64,000 bases of DNA from Candidatus Dormiibacterota bacterium (GTDB lineage Bacteria > Chloroflexota > Dormibacteria > Aeolococcales > Aeolococcaceae): the NCBI GenBank assembly GCA_963748505.1, contig CAVVJH010000003.1, positions 438,960 through 502,959 on the forward strand, written 5' to 3'. The notes beneath the pieces are model-generated. The model was not told the origin of the DNA. It did no database searches and saw only the letters and a program-made list of their open reading frames with translations. Positions within the stretch are counted from its first letter, which is position 1; the number at the start of each line of letters is the position of its first letter. Positions 59,082 through 64,000 of the stretch are shown piece after piece. The position numbers were made by a program, and so were the translations under genes.

Positions 59082-59672
59082 ATGAGCGAAACCGAGGCCC
59101 GCGAGCCCGCGCCCGGGACGCTCCGCCTGGTCCAACGGTTCATCAACAGCGACGACCTGCTGGATGGCGTGGATCAGCTGCGCACCGTCCCGCTGGCGAC
59201 CGAGTGGTTGCACGACGCCATCGGCGTCTGGCTGAAGCTGTCCGAGAAGGATCGCGAACGGCTCATCGCCACCCGCGAGTCGCTTCGCGATCTGCTTGAG
59301 GCTCACAACGGAGAGAACGTCGATCCGGCCGTGACTGTGAGACTGCAGAAGCTGCTCGGCCGCGCACCGCTCCGTCCCATCCTTTCGGCCGACGGCGCCG
59401 CCCTGGCGGTTGACTGCGCCGGCGTGAATCAGTTCCTCGGGATGATCTCCACGGCGATCGTCGAGGCGACCCTGATGGACACGTGGTCGCGATTCAAGAT
59501 CTGCAAGAGCGAGCCCTGCCGCTGGGCGTACTACGACCACTCCAAGAACGGCTGCAGCTGCTGGTGCTCGATGCGCGTGTGCGGCTCGCGCGAAAAGGCA
59601 CGCACCTACCGTGCGCGCCAGAAGGCCGTGGTCGCCCACGAGCCGTCGGTTGAGCCGTTAGCTCAGAGCTGA
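59082..59672 (+). CDS. CGNR zinc-finger (ABATE domain) putative stress-responsive regulator
   Basis: C-terminal CxxC...CxxC-type motif WAYYDHSKNGCSCWCSMRVCGSREKARTYRAR, typical of CGNR zinc-finger proteins. Confidence 0.8.
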   Translation: MSETEAREPAPGTLRLVQRFINSDDLLDGVDQLRTVPLATEWLHDAIGVWLKLSEKDRERLIATRESLRDLLEAHNGENVDPAVTVRLQKLLGRAPLRPILSADGAALAVDCAGVNQFLGMISTAIVEATLMDTWSRFKICKSEPCRWAYYDHSKNGCSCWCSMRVCGSREKARTYRARQKAVVAHEPSVEPLAQS

Positions 59673-61148
59673 GCGAGGATCTCCTTCGCCGCGCGACCAC
59701 CCAACTCCACGGCGCCGTCCAGGAATCCCTGGTTGTTGATCGAGGTGTGCTCGCCCGCGAAGTGGACACGGCCCGCCGGCGCGGCGGCGGTTGCCCCGAA
59801 GGTTGCGTACTGGCCGACCTTGTAGAACGAGTAGGCGCCCTTGACCCATGGGTCGCGGGCCCAGTGATCCTCGTAGGAAGCGCCGGTGAACGCCGCACGA
59901 GTGCCCGGGAAGATCGGCTCGACACGATCGAGGAACCAGCTCGTGTCCCTGGCGGGCGATGGGCCGTGGGCGTCCCCGGTGAGCGTGTTCCGACCCACAT
60001 CCGCACCTGGGAAAGCGAGCAGCAACGCCGGAGCTCCCTCCGGACCGAGCGGCACCGAGCTCGTCCCAGCAGACGTCGAAGCTGTCGTGCGACGTGTACG
60101 CGACGCCGTTGAAGCCGTGCCGCGCCCAGGTCTTCTCGGCCACCTCGAGATGGATCTTGGCGTTGGATCCCATGCCCATCGTGTCGATCACGCGCAACTT
60201 GTCGGCGTCGAAACCGGAGCGGCTCAGGTCGACGTCCCGCAACAAGGTGAAGGGCAGCGCGAGCACCACGTAGTCCGCAATCACGTCGATGGTCCGGCCA
60301 CCGACCTCGAACGTCAAGGTGCGCGATCCATCGCTGTTCTCGCCCAGCGCGGTCAGGCGATGGCCCATCTCGATCGATCCCTCGGGCAGCTGCCCGGCCA
60401 TGCCGTGGACCATCTGATCGTTGCCACCGACGACGTGCCACCGCTCGTCGTAGCCGGGGAGGGGATCCAGCGACGTCCGGGGGTTCGCGCCGGTGAGACC
60501 GATCAGGTCGAGCGCCGACTGCTCCCCGGGATCACCGCCGTTCTCGGACACGGTGTTGGCGAGCATCAACTGCCCGAAGCGCGAGGTGCTGCCGATCGGC
60601 GTCTCGTCCAGCCACTCCGGCGCCGAGAGCTGATCCAGTCGCGCCAGCCCGCGCGCGGTGTTTCCCTCCTTGAGCGCGTGGTGGAACGCCTTGTAACCGA
60701 AGTGCTCCCAGTCGGCGCTCGCCTGCGCGTAGGTGTAGTAGCCACCGTTGAACCAGTAGATCTCCGGGAGTCCGCTGAGCTCACCGCCGTTGCAGTCCTC
60801 GAGCTCGAGCCCCAGCTCCGAGACGAGATTGAGCGCAGCGACCTGGTTGGAGTCGATGAACGCGCCGCCGTGCTCGGTGATCAGCCCGTTGGTGAAGTAG
60901 TCACGAAGCGACCAGCAGCGGCCGCCGATACGCTCGGGATGTCCTTCGTAGAGCGTCGACTGCAGGCGATGCCGCGTCCAGAGCACCTGGCTGCAGCGCA
61001 ACCCGGCGAGACCGGCGCCGACCACCGCGATGCGCGGCCTCGCGCTCGCTGACCGACGCGACGCTGCGAGCGCACGCGTGGCGGTGGGCCCGAAAGCAAT
61101 TCCTGCTCCGGCCAGCGCTGCGCCGGCGAGAAAACGACGCCGCGACAC
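59663..61148 (-). CDS. Tat-exported flavin-containing amine oxidase (MAO-like), apparent frameshift at about 60050
   Basis: GTG start gives a twin-arginine signal, SRRRFLAGAALAGAGIAF. FAD-binding VVGAGLAGL. The C-terminus ...RVHFAGEHTSINNQGFLDGAVELGGRAAKEIL is read in a second frame. Confidence 0.75.
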
Positions 61149-61434
61149 CGGCCGCGAGGCGCTCTTCCGCTGCTCGAGTTCCTCGAGGACTGCGTCGACC
61201 GGGAGGCTCCTGGCTTGGGCTGACGCATGGACGGCGAACATGCGCCGCATCGCCGCTGTCAGCGGCGTGCGCGACGAGCGCCGTCCGCCGATATTGCCAT
61301 CGAGTGGATCACTCATCCGGATCACCCCCTGCCGCGCAGCGCATCAACCGCCGGAGGCCAGGATAGCCAACGCGCGGCGCTGTCGTGACCACGATCCCGC
61401 GGGTCAAGCCGCTGCGGGCTTGCTGACGGGTCGA

Positions 61435-62291
61435 TCAGACCTCTCTGCGCCTGAAGCTCCAGACCGCGACACCGACGATCGCGATCACCCAGCAGGCCGT
61501 CCAGAGGAGGAAGGCGATCGAGGGCGGTGACTGCACGAAAAACGGGTTACCGGCGCGCTCCGTGGTCGCCCCCAGGACGTCCCGGTAGAGCACCGGCTCG
61601 AGCTCGTACACCGAGCCGCGCCAGAGTGCGTCGGTGGGCAGGAGCAGCTGGCTCACGGTGCCAGCGTTGGAGATCCCTGCGTTGCCGAAGACCTCCCCGA
61701 TTGCGCCGGCAACGCCGCCGATCCAGGCAAGAAGAAGAGCACGAGCGCGACCACGCCCGCGGTCATCCCGGAGAGCAGCGTGCTGAGCATCAGGGTGAGT
61801 GACATCACCACGATCCCCTCAGCGCTGAGGTAGGCGGCGAGCGCCACGGGTCCGGGCGGCACATAGCCGGTGGTGAGCCCGACGACCACCAGCTCCAGCG
61901 CTGTGGTCGCCGCGACGTAGACCACGATGAGCACGGCGAGCCCGAGCCACTTGCCGAGGACGACCTGATAGCGACTCACCGGACGCGCGAGCACCGCAAG
62001 CGCAACGCCGGACTCCAGCTCGCTGGAGATCGACGGCGATGCGACCACCACCGCGCTCAGCGCGAGCACGCCGCTGAACATGAATTCGACCAGGATGAGC
62101 ACCTGCGAGGTCGCGAGACGCAACTCCGAAGCCGGGATCGGTGTGCCGTCCGGATTGCTCAGCGTGGTCAGATGTTGAAAGCCCCAGCCCGTGAGACCGA
62201 TCACGATAACGGTGAGCATCGCCAGCGCCAGCAACAGCTTTCGCCTCGAAGCCTCGCGAATCGTCAGGCCTGCGATGGTCAGCGCTGCCAT
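61435..62291 (-). CDS. ABC-2 family transporter permease, apparent frameshift at about 61740
   Basis: N-terminal frame with 5 TM segments, then ...LAWIGGVAGAIGEVFGNAGISNAGTVSQLLLPTDALWRGSVYE...AFLLWTACWVIAIVGVAVWSF in the next frame (a single g is missing in ttgGcctgg). Confidence 0.7.
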
Positions 62292-63212
62292 TCGTGCGCC
62301 TCCGCGCCGAGGAGTGCGAGAAAGCGCTCCTCCAGCGTCTGCCGCACCGGTTCGACAGCGTAGACACGCGCACCACCGGCGACGACCTCCGCAACCAGGT
62401 CTGGCACCGTCGTTGCGTCGACACCGTCAACCACCACCCAGCCCTCGTGTTCGGCGACCTTCCCCGGCGCGCGAGGGCGGTCCGCATCACGTCGGTGAAA
62501 CCGGTCAGCCGCATGCGCACGCCGCCGGTGCCGAGCAGGTCGTCGAGCTTTCCGTGGCCAGCACCCTGCCGTTGGAAACGATCGCGGCGCGGTCGCAGAC
62601 CTGCTCAACCTCGCCGAGCAGATGTGAGTTGAGAAAGACTGCCGATCCGCGGTCGCGCAACTTCCGAATGATCGTGCGGGTATCCGCACGACCCACCGGA
62701 TCGAGTGCCGATGTCGGCTCGTCGAGGATGACAAGGTCGGGATTGCCGAGCAGTGCGACGCCCAGACCGAGTCGCTGTTGCATCCCCTTGGAGAAGGTCT
62801 GCACCTTCGCGTCGGCATGCCCGATCAGCCCCACGGTCGCCAGGGAATCCTTGATCTCACCGGCCCACTGCGGGCGCGCAATGCCGGCTAGTTTGCAGTG
62901 GAGCGCCAGCACCTCGCGCGCGCTCAGCCAGCTCTGATAGCGGAACAGCTCGGGCAGGTAGCCCACGCGGCTTCGTGTGCGGCGATCACCGGCCGGATGA
63001 CCCAGCACCCAGGCTTCGCCGCCAGTCGCACGGGTAAGGCCGAGCAGCAACTTGACCGCTGTCGTCTTGCCGCTGCCGTTGGGCCCCAGGAAACCGAACA
63101 CCTCGCCGCGCGGCACGACCATCGACAGCCCGGAGAGCGCGACCTCCGAGCCGTAGTGCTTGGTGAGCTCGAGCGTGCGAACGGCGGGCTCGTCTGACGG
63201 CGCAACCGCCAT
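62279..63212 (-). CDS. ABC transporter ATP-binding protein, two apparent frameshifts between about 62440 and 62520
   Basis: Walker A GPNGSGKTT, signature FSKGMQQRLGLGVAL, Walker B LVILDEPTSALD. The C-terminal domain is spread over three frames (...NGRVLAT | VRMRLTGFTDVMRTALA | GKVAEHEGWVVVDGV...EERFLALLG). Confidence 0.75.
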
Positions 63213-63990
63213 CAGTGCACGGAGCGCGCGACCGCGAGCGCCTGGTCCCCGCTGAGCGTCCCGGCGACGGCATACACGATGTGATTGTGCTGCCAGAGCA
63301 CTGCGCTCCCGAGTTGCGTCGAATCCCCGATCAGCAGGCCGGCGGCGCCGTTGATGTTCGCAGGGGACGCGCTCGCGAGATCGATCGGAATCGGCACCGG
63401 AATGGTCTGCTCGGGATCACCGAGGGCGCGAATCTCGGAGGCGACGCCGGCCGGAATGCCGGGGAGCGCAAGGAGATAGTGCTCGAGCTGCTGCACCGTC
63501 ACTCCGGTGGACGACACCATCGGCGTGCGTGAGGCGACGACCACGAACGCGTCGCCGGTTGGAATCCCACCGCCATGCAGCAGGGCGCTGACGTCGAGGC
63601 CGTACGACACCACGACGGCCGGTGCGATCGTGACCGTCAGCGTGCTGCCGTCCAGGCCGCGGGGCAGCGGCGGCAGTTGCTGACCGGCCCTGGCAGCCGC
63701 GGCACGCGCGAGTGCCGCGTTGAAGGTGAAGGACACCACTGTCCCCGAGATGTCCGCGTACGACGGCGTCGACGCGATGCCAGCGGGCACCTTGCCGACA
63801 CTGAGCGTCGAAAGCCCCGCGGCCCGAGCGGCGCTTGCGGCATCGGCCGACGGCGTGATGTTGAGTGGCGATGAGCCCCCGCTGACCGTGCCGTAGCTGT
63901 CGAGACCGGCGAGGGACCGACATGTCCGCGCTCGTGACCGGCACGGCCGCGAAGCGCGATGGCTGAAAGAGACTGAGGAAGTCCTGCGCG
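63212..63990 (-). CDS. Hypothetical exported protein upstream of the ABC exporter (5' end outside or at the window edge)
   Basis: An open frame runs upstream to at least 63900: ...LNITPSADAASAARAAGLSTLSVGKVPAGIASTPSYADISGTVVSF...AVAGTLSGDQALAVARSVH, with no recognised motif. Its stop abuts the ATPase start. Confidence 0.4.
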
Positions 63991-64000
63991 CCGCCGGTGA

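Noticed and set aside
59494-60441. 315-aa minus ORF in an alternative frame of the amine oxidase gene
   Set aside because: R/G/P-rich. The true amine oxidase C-terminus is recovered in a different frame with family-typical motifs.
1-64000. CRISPR arrays, tRNA/rRNA genes, IS elements, integrases
   Set aside because: I saw no tRNA-like structure, no direct-repeat/spacer periodicity and no transposase or integrase signatures. The window looks like core or accessory chromosome rather than a mobile element.

Overview
This is a high-GC (about 70%) chromosomal segment that looks actinobacterial. It is gene-dense (about 64 genes), uses TGA as the main stop codon, and has many lipobox lipoproteins. 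Actinobacteria-typical families include mycothiol-type DinB/TIGR03083 proteins, an F420-type LLM oxidoreductase, an Rv2525c-like DUF1906 protein, an LpqI-like GH3 lipoprotein, a short MenE and a WYL regulator. I found no rRNA, tRNA, CRISPR array or transposase.

Recognisable blocks:
- 0-13 kb: a thiol-redox and small-molecule block (TlpA-like lipoprotein, glutaredoxin-like domain fused to thioredoxin reductase, a PadR regulator with an ABC-2 exporter, an MFS transporter and hydrolases).
- 12.5-21 kb: a DNA-processing island. It holds a giant Cas4-like nuclease / RNase H-like / SF1B helicase gene (TM0106, 'DNA2-like') translationally coupled to a DinB-like+TPR gene. Divergent from it is a GNAT - WYL regulator - msrB - recQ gene string. 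A perfect 9-2-9 palindrome sits in the shared intergenic region.
- 21-25 kb: a LivJ-like binding protein and a znu/tro-type metal ABC operon.
- 27-28.5 kb: a Nudix-MBL pair.
- 28.5-36 kb: a complete menaquinone cluster (menE, menB-A-C-D, menF, menG).
- 36-45 kb: a gene fusing a secreted BNR/Ycf48-like Cys-rich beta-propeller to a polytopic membrane domain, followed by a MacB-type ABC transporter (ATPase plus an 845-aa two-FtsX permease). A paralogous beta-propeller lipoprotein, a CDF transporter and UspA lie nearby.
- 45-64 kb: AzlCD, a formamidase, a MetE-like protein, an AlkZ/YcaQ-like DNA glycosylase, TauE, a GH3 lipoprotein, assorted enzymes, a CGNR regulator and another ABC exporter.

A pervasive property of the sequence is that at least 15 genes carry single-nucleotide frameshifts, usually at short G/C homopolymers, and two adjacent genes carry in-frame TGA codons near their starts. 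This most likely reflects indel-type sequence error, so disrupted ORFs are reported as one gene with a note. Coordinates are from the ORF track plus manual start refinement and may be off by a few nt.
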